From a bacterium UBP8_UBA817 (GTDB lineage: Bacteria > Margulisbacteria > Marinamargulisbacteria > UBA817), in NCBI GenBank assembly GCA_002296285.1, contig DBHX01000022.1:13835-40164 (forward strand): a DNA stretch of 26,330 nt, written 5' to 3'. The position numbers and the translations under genes are program-made. The notes below the pieces were generated by a model, which was not told the origin of the DNA, did no database searches, and worked only from the letters and a program-made list of their open reading frames with translations. Each line of letters opens with the position of its first letter. Position 1 is the stretch's first letter. Below, piece after piece: positions 17,421 through 26,330 of this stretch.

Positions 17421-18125
17421 ATGAAAAGATTGCGTGTGAGTGAACATTTTTATTCCATTCAGGGAGAAGGCCCAACGGTGGGTGTGCCGGCCATATTTGT
17501 ACGGCTCCAAGGGTGCAATTTAAATTGTGGCCAAGGTGGTGGGGATTGGGTATGCGATACAATTGATGTTTGGAAAAATGGAACGGCGCATGCCATTAAT
17601 GATTGGCATGACTATTTTCTAAAAGAGTATCAACAGCCGTTATCCTTGGGAGCCCACATTATCATCACCGGAGGTGAGCCATTATTGCAACAAGCCGCTT
17701 TGATCGATTGGTTATCGACATTTAAAAATCAACCCTTTATTGAAGTTGAAACCAACGGAACCATCATCCCACAGCTAGAGTTATCACGATTCATTAATCA
17801 ATGGAACGTGTCCCCAAAGTTGTCCAATAGCGGGGAATTAATGAGCCCTCGATCGAATCATGACGCTCTACAATGGTTTTTAGCGAATGATTGTTCAATA
17901 TTTAAATTTGTTATTTCAAGTGACAAAGACATTGATGAAATTAAAACCTTATGTTCAATAATTCATACCTGGCCAATGCGAAGAAAGTACCTCATGCCAG
18001 CAGCAGATTCCAAAATAAAACTCGAAACCATTTACCCAAGCATTATAGAAATGTGCAAAACACACGGGTTTTCATTAAGCCAACGGTTTCATTTAAGTAT
18101 TTGGGACCAGACCACTGGGGTTTAA
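17421..18125 (+). CDS. queE: 7-carboxy-7-deazaguanine synthase (radical SAM, queuosine biosynthesis)
   Basis: FYSIQGEGPTVGVPAIFVRLQGCNLNC...CDT, ITGGEP, ETNGT and VSPK blocks align with E. coli QueE. The cluster motif here is Cx3Cx8C instead of Cx3Cx2C. Confidence 0.8.
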   Translation: MKRLRVSEHFYSIQGEGPTVGVPAIFVRLQGCNLNCGQGGGDWVCDTIDVWKNGTAHAINDWHDYFLKEYQQPLSLGAHIIITGGEPLLQQAALIDWLSTFKNQPFIEVETNGTIIPQLELSRFINQWNVSPKLSNSGELMSPRSNHDALQWFLANDCSIFKFVISSDKDIDEIKTLCSIIHTWPMRRKYLMPAADSKIKLETIYPSIIEMCKTHGFSLSQRFHLSIWDQTTGV

Positions 18126-18130
18126 ATTTA

Positions 18131-19027
18131 TTATTTCTTTGAATTGAGTAGCGCCGTTGCATCAAACATTGGAATTGAATTTCCAGAGTTAAACTTTGGT
18201 AATTCTCCATTCCACTTTTCAGCCATACGTAACTGTATGAGTGCGGGATTGCCTTTCAATGCATTGGCTTCACGCTTAATGGCATTTGCCCTAGCTTTGG
18301 ATTCGACAGAAATCTGATAAGCCTCAGCTTCTGCGGCTAATTTTTTTTCTGCAGCAGCTGCTTCAGCTTGGGTTACACGACGTGTTTTTTCATTTTTGGC
18401 TTGGAGGGCTTCTTGTTCTGCTTTAACTTTCAACTCAATGGCTCGATTAAATTCACTTGAAAAAGCAAAGTCCGTGATCGCCACATTGGCAATCGATAGT
18501 GCATTTGGGGCACCTTTTCGTGATAATGTTGTGTCAATAAACTGTTCAACCTCTTCTTGAATCTTAAGTTTTACTTCTTCTCGATTTGTAATCAGTTGCT
18601 CCGCCGTATAAAGGGCTGTTACCGATTTGACGGATTCCTGGATGGCGGGCTCAATGAGGGTGGATTCAATGACTTGGCGAATCCCAATTTTTTGATAACT
18701 TATCGGCGATACACCACCATTTAATGAGTATTGAACGGTGACTTCAGTTCGAACGGTTTGTAAATCTTTGGATGCAGAAATGGATTCATTAAATACTTTA
18801 CGAAGACGAACATCTAGTTTTACAACGTCATCAAGAATTGGCAATTTAAAGTGAAACCCTTCTTCAAACGCAATGGGCTGAACAGCACCCAATCGTTTGA
18901 CAACACCGACATGACCAGCATCGACAATGACAAATGCTGATTGGGCAATGGCAAATATTACAGCAAAAAATGCTATTGTAATCACGGATTTAAAGGGAAA
19001 TTGTTGGATATTAATTTGTTGACTCAT
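18131..19027 (-). CDS. SPFH/band-7 (prohibitin/HflC-like) membrane protein
   Basis: N-terminal TM helix, then a band-7 core (FVIVDAGHVGVVKRLGAV, TEVTVQYSLNG), then a long Ala/Glu-rich coiled-coil tail typical of the family. Confidence 0.8.
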   Translation of the reverse strand: MSQQINIQQFPFKSVITIAFFAVIFAIAQSAFVIVDAGHVGVVKRLGAVQPIAFEEGFHFKLPILDDVVKLDVRLRKVFNESISASKDLQTVRTEVTVQYSLNGGVSPISYQKIGIRQVIESTLIEPAIQESVKSVTALYTAEQLITNREEVKLKIQEEVEQFIDTTLSRKGAPNALSIANVAITDFAFSSEFNRAIELKVKAEQEALQAKNEKTRRVTQAEAAAAEKKLAAEAEAYQISVESKARANAIKREANALKGNPALIQLRMAEKWNGELPKFNSGNSIPMFDATALLNSKK

Positions 19028-19056
19028 GATTTATATTGTATCAGAATAATTTCCAA

Positions 19057-19677
19057 ATGACACATTCGGGATGGACAACCGTATTAAAATCGGATGCATT
19101 TGAAAATGCCAATCAAAACATGACTTTTGATGAGGAGTTATTGGATTCATTGGAAGAAAACAAACGAATTGAGCGGTTTTATGTTTGGAAAAACCCAGGC
19201 ATTACCTATAGTTTTAAACAATCCTGCCCAATCAATTTAGAGAAACTGGATCATGCCATTCGATTGACGGGTGGAGGGATTGTATTTCATTCACCAGGGG
19301 ATATTGTGTTTTCAATGGCATCAAGCGCCAATGACCCGGATTACCCAAAAAAACCAACCGAGAAATTGACGAAAGTGTCCCAACGAATTGTTGCAGCAAT
19401 GGAGGCATCAGGAGTTCAGCTGGATTCATCCATGCCATCCACAAAAAAAGATTTAATGTACTGTCAAACATATCCCACACCATTTGAAATTGCCATAAAT
19501 CATATCAAAGTATGTGGGTTAACCATACGGCAATTCAAGACCAAGTGGCTGATTCAAGGCATTATTCACGCACAAAAAACAGACCCAATATTTTATGATC
19601 ACATTCACCCAAGCCATCGCATAACCCAACAACTGAATGCCGATGAAATTTTAAACAATTTCAAAATATATCGATAA
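19057..19677 (+). CDS. Lipoate/octanoyl transferase family protein (BPL/LPL catalytic domain only, ~206 aa). The ORF is open from a TTG at 19036. I chose the ATG at 19057.
   Basis: RLTGGGIVFHSPGDIVFS resembles the LplA/LipB motif RRSGGGAVFHDLGN. A downstream KVCG carries the candidate catalytic Lys. There is no C-terminal accessory domain. Confidence 0.55.
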   Translation: MTHSGWTTVLKSDAFENANQNMTFDEELLDSLEENKRIERFYVWKNPGITYSFKQSCPINLEKLDHAIRLTGGGIVFHSPGDIVFSMASSANDPDYPKKPTEKLTKVSQRIVAAMEASGVQLDSSMPSTKKDLMYCQTYPTPFEIAINHIKVCGLTIRQFKTKWLIQGIIHAQKTDPIFYDHIHPSHRITQQLNADEILNNFKIYR

Positions 19678-19707
19678 AACTGTTACAGGAACGATAAGGA
19701 GTTTTAA

Positions 19708-20577
19708 ATGCATCGATTCATCACAATGTTAAGTGCTTTTTTATTGATTATTTCAGGCTGCTCATCGAATGATGCTGGGTCAGCGAGTGTGACCACTGCT
19801 CAATCCAAGGCATTAAGTAAAATTAATAATGTCAAAGGAAAACATAACAGTGCCACTGGGTCGAGCCTCGCTTTGCAAGGCATCAAGACCATGTCTTCAG
19901 TTTGTTACCAGTTGGAATATACTACGGATTTTGAAGGTAACTATGCGTCACCTCAAGCCATCAATTGTTCACAAACCATCGATTTATCAAGTTTTGGTAA
20001 TGAATCCATACAATCATTTACAACCACACGCATTATCATCAGCAAGCGATTTGACACGGGAAAGAAGATGCTGTTTTATAGTAGCAACGAGTACAGTGCT
20101 TATTTTGTGGATGCGAAGTTCTATAAAGATGATTACTATTCTGATATATCCAATAATGGGTCGTTCTTTTTTGATTATACAAAATCTGACGAAAGTGGTT
20201 TTTATTACGTCATGTACATTTGGGGCGAAGATGATAATGTGAGCATTGATATTTCCGAAGGAATAACAACCCCAAAATTATCCCAAAATTTAACCAACAT
20301 AAGCTTTGGCAATAAAGATGACCTATGTAGTATCAGTATGGAGTCTCAAACATTTTGTAAAATTTATGTAAATGCATACAATGAAACCGATCAAAAATAT
20401 GACCAGTACACGGCTTCGTTTGATTCATTGATGGATGGTGGTGTTGATAACATTGATCCAAGGAAAATGACATTTGATTTAATGAATCTAAACAATCAAA
20501 AAATTGGTTTTTTAAAAATGGATATGATGGACCAAGTATTTTCAGTGGTTGATCTTTCCGGAAATCCTTTTAAATAA
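19708..20577 (+). CDS. Lipoprotein of unknown function
   Basis: MHRFITMLSAFLLIISGC-SSN has a Sec/SPII signal with lipobox ISGC. 289 aa, Ser/Asn/Asp/Tyr-rich, no recognisable family. SD aaggag 6 nt upstream. Confidence 0.6.
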   Translation: MHRFITMLSAFLLIISGCSSNDAGSASVTTAQSKALSKINNVKGKHNSATGSSLALQGIKTMSSVCYQLEYTTDFEGNYASPQAINCSQTIDLSSFGNESIQSFTTTRIIISKRFDTGKKMLFYSSNEYSAYFVDAKFYKDDYYSDISNNGSFFFDYTKSDESGFYYVMYIWGEDDNVSIDISEGITTPKLSQNLTNISFGNKDDLCSISMESQTFCKIYVNAYNETDQKYDQYTASFDSLMDGGVDNIDPRKMTFDLMNLNNQKIGFLKMDMMDQVFSVVDLSGNPFK

Positions 20578-20656
20578 AACATAGCCCCATTGTTCTGTTT
20601 TTTAAATAGCGATGTATATTTTTGAAAGACATGAACAACCCATAACGATATTTAGC

Positions 20657-20830
20657 ATGACAAAGAATGCAATGATGTTAATGATGATCGTTTTATTTGT
20701 GGCCTGTTCAAGAACGCATGACTTGAATGGTATTTCAAGTTCATCCATGGGGTATGAAGACGTTGGTGTTGATCACCACAACAGCAAATGGCAGAAAGTA
20801 ACATCTCAGTTACCGACAAGCAATTTATAG
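20657..20830 (+). CDS. Possible small lipoprotein (57 aa), taken from an internal ATG of the 20612-20830 ORF
   Basis: MTKNAMMLMMIVLFVAC-S resembles an SPII signal with a lipobox. The reading frame overlaps the lon 3' end by 6 nt. Weak call. Confidence 0.25.
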   Translation: MTKNAMMLMMIVLFVACSRTHDLNGISSSSMGYEDVGVDHHNSKWQKVTSQLPTSNL

Positions 20831-23071
20831 ATACCATTTAATTAACAGTGCCAAGACATCATCAATGGTATCCAGAGGAATGAGTGTCGTTGTGTACTTA
20901 TTCGATGGGGGAATGCTGGTCTCCATGCTCGAGACCACCAAAGATTGAATGCCCAAATGCGATCCAGCCAATAATTTTTGAGATACGCCGCCAACAGGTA
21001 GAATTTTTCCTGATAGGGATAATTGCCCAGAAAAAGTCAGTGTTCCAGGCAATGGAATATGCAGCAATGTCGAAATAATGGATACAAAAACACCCAAATC
21101 CCAACCCGTCCCTGATTTGTATAGATTGGTATTTTGAAAGTGGATATGAAAGTGGTAATCAAACAGTAAATTGGAATCAATCGAGTAGTCTTTAAAACGT
21201 GTTTTAAGTAACCCAAACACAATGCGGATGGATTCTTGCAACTGGGGATCAATATTTCCAGTGGCCGTAAACCCGGGATCCCCTTGATAAATCTGCGTTT
21301 CAATAGGGCAACAATGCCCAACCATTGATTTCAACATTAACCCTACGCTTCGGCCAACTCGAGGTTCAATCGAGAAGTGTGGTTTTGGTTGCCCTTCACC
21401 AAGCAATTCCTCAATTAATGGTTGGGTCCATTTTTTTGGCAGGGTCTGCTCATCAACCAATCTTAGCGCCACTTTTCGACATAGTTTATCGATGACTTGG
21501 CGTAATTCTCGAAGCCCGACATCAGATGTATAAAGATTTACAATTTCTTTCCATTGGGGAGTGCTTAAAGTCATTTGTTCGATAGGTAAGCATAATTCTT
21601 TGCACGTTTTTGGCAATAAATATTCTTTGGCCACCGACACTTTTTCAGATACCGTGTACCCAGGAATTAGAATCACTTCCATGCGGTTGAGCAAAGGTTC
21701 AGGGATGGCGGATAGGTCATTGGCCGTGCATATGAACATGCACTGAGATAAATCCACCGGGCATTGAATATAATGGTCCACAAATGATTTATTTTGTTCA
21801 ATATCTAAAATCTCAAGTAATGCAGCCGAGGGGTCCCCTTTAAAGCCTCCGGCTAATTTATCCACTTCATCCAAGCATATCACTGGATTCATGGCCTGGG
21901 CTTTGATTAAACCCGAAATAAGTTTCCCTGGCATGGACCCAATATAAGTTCGTCGATGACCTCGAAGTTCGGCTTCATCTCGAACACCAGCCAGTGAAAT
22001 ATGGACAAATGGCCGCCGAAGCGCCGATGCAACGGATTGAACAATGGATGTTTTGCCTACCCCTGGCGGGCCACCCAAACATAAAATGGTGCCAATTCTT
22101 TTTTTGGCAATTTTTCGTATGGCCAAATGTTCCAGAATTCGTATTTTAACGGAATCAAGACCAAAATGAAACTCATCGAGCTCTTTTCGAACCTGCTGAA
22201 TATCAATTTTGGCCGATTTTCGTTTTTTCCAGGGAATCGAAAAAATGGTATCTAAATACCCTTTTAGAACAGCAAATTCGGTTGAATCGTCCGGGTATTG
22301 GTCCAGTCGTTGGATATCAAACAAAAGTTGTTCCTTATGATCTGGATGAAACCCAAGATGGGGGACTTTGTCTCGGTATTCATCCACAATATCGGTTCGA
22401 ATGGTTGCATTCAGTTCCGTTTGAATGGCTCGTAATTTGGCTTTTAACATCATTTCTTTTCGTTCAGTGTCTACATTTTGTTGGATAACACCATCCAGTT
22501 GTTGATTGATTTCAGCATCGATCAATAACTTATTGAGGGATGTTTTTACTTGTTCTAAACGGTGATAAATATCAATGGATTCAATAATCGCCACTTTTTC
22601 ATCGTATTTCATGGGAAGATACGACGAAATAAAGTCAGCCAATTCATTGGGTTGGTCGGGATGAATAACACTTAATAGGGTATCCATTGACATGTCATCC
22701 GTTTCAAACATGGCATGGTGTTCCTTAAATAAATCATAAACAGTATTCGATAAGTCCAATAGATCGCGGGTTTTATTATAATTCATGTCGCATAAAGAAT
22801 AGGTCACTTCATCCTTTGCGCGATGATGAATATTCACTCGTTGCATGCCTTCCAGAACAAGAAACCGGCCATCGTGCTGGTGTTGTTCATCGATCAATTC
22901 ACATAAGACACCCGTTGTGGATAATGTTTGTTTCTTCGAAAAAAGAGCAACCAAATGACGGTTAACAAGTTCAAGTTCAAATGGCACTTTAATGCGTTGG
23001 ATGGTTTGTGGAAAAACCACCACATCCGTTAAAGAAATCGCAACTTCTATTAATTGGTTTTTTCCATTCAT
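20825..23071 (-). CDS. lon: Lon-family AAA+ protease homologue (LonA architecture) with a non-canonical protease active-site motif
   Basis: Lon N-domain (DVVVFP...), AAA+ Walker A GPPGVGKTS, Walker B CLDEVDK, sensor-2 GLRELRQVIDKLCRK and the protease domain with a conserved dyad-Lys region (PVGGVSQKLL). The PKDGPSAG serine motif is replaced by YKSGTGWDLG (codons confirmed on DNA at about 21092-21120). Positioned after clpX, as in the canonical operon. Confidence 0.85.
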   Translation of the reverse strand: MNGKNQLIEVAISLTDVVVFPQTIQRIKVPFELELVNRHLVALFSKKQTLSTTGVLCELIDEQHQHDGRFLVLEGMQRVNIHHRAKDEVTYSLCDMNYNKTRDLLDLSNTVYDLFKEHHAMFETDDMSMDTLLSVIHPDQPNELADFISSYLPMKYDEKVAIIESIDIYHRLEQVKTSLNKLLIDAEINQQLDGVIQQNVDTERKEMMLKAKLRAIQTELNATIRTDIVDEYRDKVPHLGFHPDHKEQLLFDIQRLDQYPDDSTEFAVLKGYLDTIFSIPWKKRKSAKIDIQQVRKELDEFHFGLDSVKIRILEHLAIRKIAKKRIGTILCLGGPPGVGKTSIVQSVASALRRPFVHISLAGVRDEAELRGHRRTYIGSMPGKLISGLIKAQAMNPVICLDEVDKLAGGFKGDPSAALLEILDIEQNKSFVDHYIQCPVDLSQCMFICTANDLSAIPEPLLNRMEVILIPGYTVSEKVSVAKEYLLPKTCKELCLPIEQMTLSTPQWKEIVNLYTSDVGLRELRQVIDKLCRKVALRLVDEQTLPKKWTQPLIEELLGEGQPKPHFSIEPRVGRSVGLMLKSMVGHCCPIETQIYQGDPGFTATGNIDPQLQESIRIVFGLLKTRFKDYSIDSNLLFDYHFHIHFQNTNLYKSGTGWDLGVFVSIISTLLHIPLPGTLTFSGQLSLSGKILPVGGVSQKLLAGSHLGIQSLVVSSMETSIPPSNKYTTTLIPLDTIDDVLALLIKWYL

Positions 23072-23074
23072 AAA

Positions 23075-24340
23075 TTATTTATCGATAGAGAATTGTAATT
23101 TTTTACGTTCAGAATTTGGTAAATGATGCTTAATATAATCATTCAAATGTTTGGATGAAATGGTGAGTGTTTTTTTGTTCGAGCCAGGATAGCTAAACAT
23201 GTAGCTCATCATTAACTCTTCAACAATGGATCGAAGGGCACGAGCGCCAACCTTGCGAGATTTTGCAATTTTTGCAATGGTTTGAACAGCATCTTTCTCA
23301 AACGAGAGTGCAATGCCATCCATATCCATCAAGGATTGATATTGTTTAACAATGGCATTTTTAGGTTCTGTTAAAATTTGTGCCATATTTTTTTCACTGA
23401 GTGATTGCATGGGTGCAATCACTGAAATTCGACCAATCAATTCGGGAATAATCCCAAATTCAAGAAGATCTTCAGATTCTAAATGATTGAAAATGGTATC
23501 GTTTTCAACATTTTCTTTTTCTTGCTCCTTTGCAAACCCTAGAGGGTTATTGTTCAATCGTTTTTCAATAATTTTTTCAATCCCATGAAACGCTCCCCCA
23601 CAAATAAATAAAATATTCTTGGTATTTAATGTGATGGTTTCTTGGTTGGGGTGTTTTCGACCACCTTTTAGGGGAACATTGACTTCCGCACCTTCTAGAA
23701 TTTTTAATAGCGCCTGTTGCACCCCTTCGCCAGAGACATCGCGTGTAATGGATGCCGATTCAGATTTTCGAGATATTTTATCGATTTCATCCAAATAAAT
23801 GATGCCCATTTGGGCCTTTTCAACATCATTATCGGCCACCTGCAATAACCGAAAGAGCATGCTCTCAACGTCATCCCCAACATACCCAGATTCAGTAAGT
23901 GTTGTTGCATCAGCAATGGTAAATGGGACATTAAGCAAGCGAGCCAATGTTTGTGCAATCAAGGTTTTACCCGTTCCAGTTGGCCCAGCCACTAAAATAT
24001 TGCTCTTTTGGACTTCTACATCCGGGTAATTGACCGATTTTTTAAACAACCGTTTGTAATGATTGTAAACAGCCACTGATACTACTTCTTTGGCTTGATC
24101 TTGTTCAATCACATAATCATCCAATACCGCCTTGATTTCTTTTGGCGATGGCAGTTTGTCAGATATAAGACTTGCATCGGATGCCGTAGGTTCAATGTGT
24201 TTTCGCTCTTCTTGAGCAATCACAGATGTGCAAACTTTGACACATTCATTGCAGATATATATGCCAGGCGGCCCGGCAATTAAGCGGGCCACATCATGTT
24301 GTGATTTATTGCAAAAAGAGCAAGTAATGGTATCGGTCAC
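23075..24340 (-). CDS. clpX: ATP-dependent Clp protease ATP-binding subunit ClpX (GTG start overlapping the clpP stop)
   Basis: N-terminal zinc-binding CSFC...CNEC, Walker A GPTGTGKT, and the IGF-loop region. 421 aa. Confidence 0.95.
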   Translation of the reverse strand: MTDTITCSFCNKSQHDVARLIAGPPGIYICNECVKVCTSVIAQEERKHIEPTASDASLISDKLPSPKEIKAVLDDYVIEQDQAKEVVSVAVYNHYKRLFKKSVNYPDVEVQKSNILVAGPTGTGKTLIAQTLARLLNVPFTIADATTLTESGYVGDDVESMLFRLLQVADNDVEKAQMGIIYLDEIDKISRKSESASITRDVSGEGVQQALLKILEGAEVNVPLKGGRKHPNQETITLNTKNILFICGGAFHGIEKIIEKRLNNNPLGFAKEQEKENVENDTIFNHLESEDLLEFGIIPELIGRISVIAPMQSLSEKNMAQILTEPKNAIVKQYQSLMDMDGIALSFEKDAVQTIAKIAKSRKVGARALRSIVEELMMSYMFSYPGSNKKTLTISSKHLNDYIKHHLPNSERKKLQFSIDK

Positions 24341-24948
24341 TTAACGAGTGCTTTTTCCTTTACGTTCTTTTTTGTGATAATACTATCGATTAAGCCATAT
24401 TTTTTTGCTTGTTCAGTGTCCATAAAGTTATCACGATCGGTATCTTTTTCAATATTGTCATAGGTTTGACCCGTATGGGTAACCAAAATATTATTGATTT
24501 CTTTTTTTATACGTAAGATTTCTTTGGCTTGAATTTCAATGTCAGTCGCTTGACCTTGGGCCCCACCCAATGGTTGGTGAATCATGATTCGAGAATGAGG
24601 GAGTGCAAATCGTTTACCGGCTTGCCCTGCTGCCAATAATAATGCGCCCATTGATGCCGCTTGCCCCAAACAAATGGTGGACACATCGGATTTGATGTAT
24701 TGCATGGTATCGTAAATGGCCAGCCCAGCCGTTACAACCCCACCTGGACTATTAATATACAAATAAATGTCTTTTTCATTGTCCTCAGCCTCTAAAAATA
24801 GCAACTGAGCAATAATTGTGTTGGCCACAGCATCATCCACTTGAGTCGATAGAAAAATAATTCTCTCTTTCAACAATCGTGAATAAATATCATATGATCG
24901 TTCCCCACGACCTGTTTGTTCAATAACCATTGGTATAAGTGTGCTCAT
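24337..24948 (-). CDS. clpP: ATP-dependent Clp protease proteolytic subunit ClpP
   Basis: [12 protein letters not shown] and [11 protein letters not shown] (Ser) ... [10 protein letters not shown] (His) catalytic triad context. SD GGAAGGG upstream. Confidence 0.95.
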   Translation of the reverse strand: MSTLIPMVIEQTGRGERSYDIYSRLLKERIIFLSTQVDDAVANTIIAQLLFLEAEDNEKDIYLYINSPGGVVTAGLAIYDTMQYIKSDVSTICLGQAASMGALLLAAGQAGKRFALPHSRIMIHQPLGGAQGQATDIEIQAKEILRIKKEINNILVTHTGQTYDNIEKDTDRDNFMDTEQAKKYGLIDSIITKKNVKEKALVK

Positions 24949-24974
24949 AATAAAAACCCTTCCTTTTCGTCTTT

Positions 24975-26261
24975 TTATTTTATTTTAGCGGAATCAATGA
25001 TGAAATCCCTAACTTTTTGATCCAAAAGGTTATTTTTTAATATGTCTAAATCATGACTCTTTGAATGTTTAACATCGTCAACGGTCTTAATCGATTCGTG
25101 ATTCCAAGAATCAACTTCTTTTTGAAGTTCATCATCAGAAATGTCCAATTTTTCTTTCTCAATAATTGCTTCAATCAATTTTCGTAACTGAATTCGTTTC
25201 AACGATGTTTCTTTTAAATCTGTTCGAAGATCACCTTCTGTTTTATTCGTGATTTGCATGTATTGTTTTAAATCCATGCCTTGTTGACGAATGGAGTACT
25301 CAAACTGCATGAGTGAAGAATTAATTTCTTGCTCAACCATTGCGTCTGGAATTTCAAGCGGATTTTCTTCCAATAGTGCATCAAAAACAACTTGTTCTTT
25401 TTGCTGTTTATTTTCATTCTCAAAGCGTGAATCCAATTCATTTTGTAATTTAGTTTTCCACTCATCAACGGTTTGGCATTCTTTATCAATTTTTTTGGCC
25501 AACTCATCCGTAAGCTCAGGGAGGATACGCTCACGAACCTCTGAAACTTCCACATCAAAATCAACTGTTTTTCCTTGGACATCAGCCGTTTTAAAATCAT
25601 CGGCATAAGTTACTGAAAATGTTTTTTTATCCCCTTTTTGAAGGCCTTTTAATGCCTCATCAAAGTCATTGCCATAATTGTTAACACCCAAACGAGTGGC
25701 TTGGTTTTCACGGCTCCATAATTCAAATGGTTCTCCATTGATGGTTGCTGTGGCATTAAAGCGCACAATGTCTTCGTCTTTTGCTTCTCGATCGACGGAT
25801 TCATAGGTGGCATGCATGCCAATTAAAATATCCATTTCTTTTTGAAGGGCATCTTTTTCCGCCTTTTTTTCTTCAAAACTAACTTTTAAGCCTTTGTATT
25901 TTTTTAACTTCACTTCAGGTTCAACATCAACCTCGCATCGAAATTTGATGGGGTTGTTTTCTTTGTAGTCGTCAATATCAACATTTTTTGGGTAGTCAAT
26001 CACCTTTAAACTAAGTTCTTCAATGGCTAATTTATAGGTGTCATTGACCACATCATAAATGGCTTCTTGAATAATGACTTCTTTACCAAACTCACGTTCA
26101 AATAGGCGACGAGGTACTTTCCCCTTACGAAATCCAGGAAGGGATGCTTTTTTACTAACTTTCTTAAATGCGCCATCAAATTTTGATTCAAGTTCTTCGT
26201 GACTTGCTTCAACTTCCAAGCTCATTGTATTGCCGTTACGTTTTGATTTTATTACTTTCAT
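24975..26261 (-). CDS. tig: Trigger factor. Start at the MKVIKS ATG at 26261 with SD GGAGG 6 nt upstream. The ORF track extends to 26282, but that would overlap the tRNA CCA end.
   Basis: The N-terminus aligns residue-for-residue with E. coli Tig up to GFRKGKVP at position 50. PPIase and C-terminal domains are present. Confidence 0.9.
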   Translation of the reverse strand: MKVIKSKRNGNTMSLEVEASHEELESKFDGAFKKVSKKASLPGFRKGKVPRRLFEREFGKEVIIQEAIYDVVNDTYKLAIEELSLKVIDYPKNVDIDDYKENNPIKFRCEVDVEPEVKLKKYKGLKVSFEEKKAEKDALQKEMDILIGMHATYESVDREAKDEDIVRFNATATINGEPFELWSRENQATRLGVNNYGNDFDEALKGLQKGDKKTFSVTYADDFKTADVQGKTVDFDVEVSEVRERILPELTDELAKKIDKECQTVDEWKTKLQNELDSRFENENKQQKEQVVFDALLEENPLEIPDAMVEQEINSSLMQFEYSIRQQGMDLKQYMQITNKTEGDLRTDLKETSLKRIQLRKLIEAIIEKEKLDISDDELQKEVDSWNHESIKTVDDVKHSKSHDLDILKNNLLDQKVRDFIIDSAKIK

Positions 26262-26281
26262 GTTGTCCTCCAGGTGTGACA

Positions 26282-26330
26282 TGGAGCGGGGTACCAGATT
26301 CGAACTGGCGGCCTTCTGCTTGGCAAGCAG
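26282..26330 (-). tRNA. tRNA-Gly(GCC), 3' portion only. The gene runs off the right edge of the window.
   Basis: The minus strand reads ...CTGC|TTGCCAA|GCAGA|AGGCC|GCCAG|TTCGAAT|CTGGT|ACCCCGC|T|CCA: anticodon loop with GCC, T-arm with the canonical TTCGAAT loop, acceptor 3' strand, U73 discriminator and encoded CCA. Very similar to the E. coli tRNA-Gly(GCC) 3' half. Confidence 0.75.

Noticed and set aside
19829-20242. 137-aa plus-strand ORF overlapping the lipoprotein gene
   Set aside because: Alternative frame of the 19708-20577 lipoprotein gene, which has the signal peptide, lipobox and SD. The two cannot both be real.
20780-20810. Hairpin GTAAC-ATCTCA-GTTAC downstream of lon as a terminator
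   Set aside because: Only a 5-bp AT-rich stem and a poor U-tract on the minus strand. Too weak to call, and it lies inside the putative small lipoprotein ORF.
1-26330. Search for CRISPR arrays, IS elements, integrases, restriction-modification or toxin-antitoxin pairs
   Set aside because: No direct-repeat arrays, no transposase or integrase-like ORFs, no terminal inverted repeats, and no paired small ORFs of TA type were found. Apart from the single tRNA at the right edge, the window shows no mobile-element or defence-island hallmarks.

Overview
The window is an AT-rich (roughly 35% GC by eye), densely packed bacterial chromosomal segment with proteobacterial gene order. At the left edge it carries the thrS(3' part)-infC-rpmI-rplT translation operon, and at the right edge a tightly coupled tRNA-Gly(GCC)-tig-clpP-clpX-lon proteostasis operon on the minus strand. 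Between them lie housekeeping and metabolic genes: a bifunctional-nuclease (DUF151) protein, a PLP-dependent aminotransferase, a dicarboxylate/amino-acid symporter with acetoacetyl-CoA synthetase, purC, an MscS-family channel, an orphan CheY-like receiver, an M29 aminopeptidase, trmL, an NAD-IDH-like dehydrogenase co-transcribed with a TPR protein, a periplasmic-binding-protein plus class III adenylate cyclase pair, queE, an SPFH/band-7 protein, a short lipoate/octanoyl-transferase-family protein, and two lipoproteins. I found no transposases, integrases, CRISPR arrays, restriction or toxin modules, so I see no obvious defence island. The most unusual observation is that the Lon homologue in the canonical tig-clpPX-lon position lacks the PKDGPSAG catalytic-serine motif (KSGTGW instead) while keeping the AAA+ module and the dyad lysine. 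Secondary observations are an IDH3-like enzyme with a ~120-aa Cys-containing C-terminal extension, a translationally coupled PBP-adenylate cyclase sensor pair, an orphan minus-strand terminator in a 320-nt AT-rich spacer (possible sRNA), a two-gene extra-AT-rich islet of hypothetical proteins, a G8 homopolymer inside the aminotransferase, and an infC AUU start codon. All functional calls rest on my reading of the supplied translations against remembered family motifs; no database search or RNA-folding computation was possible.
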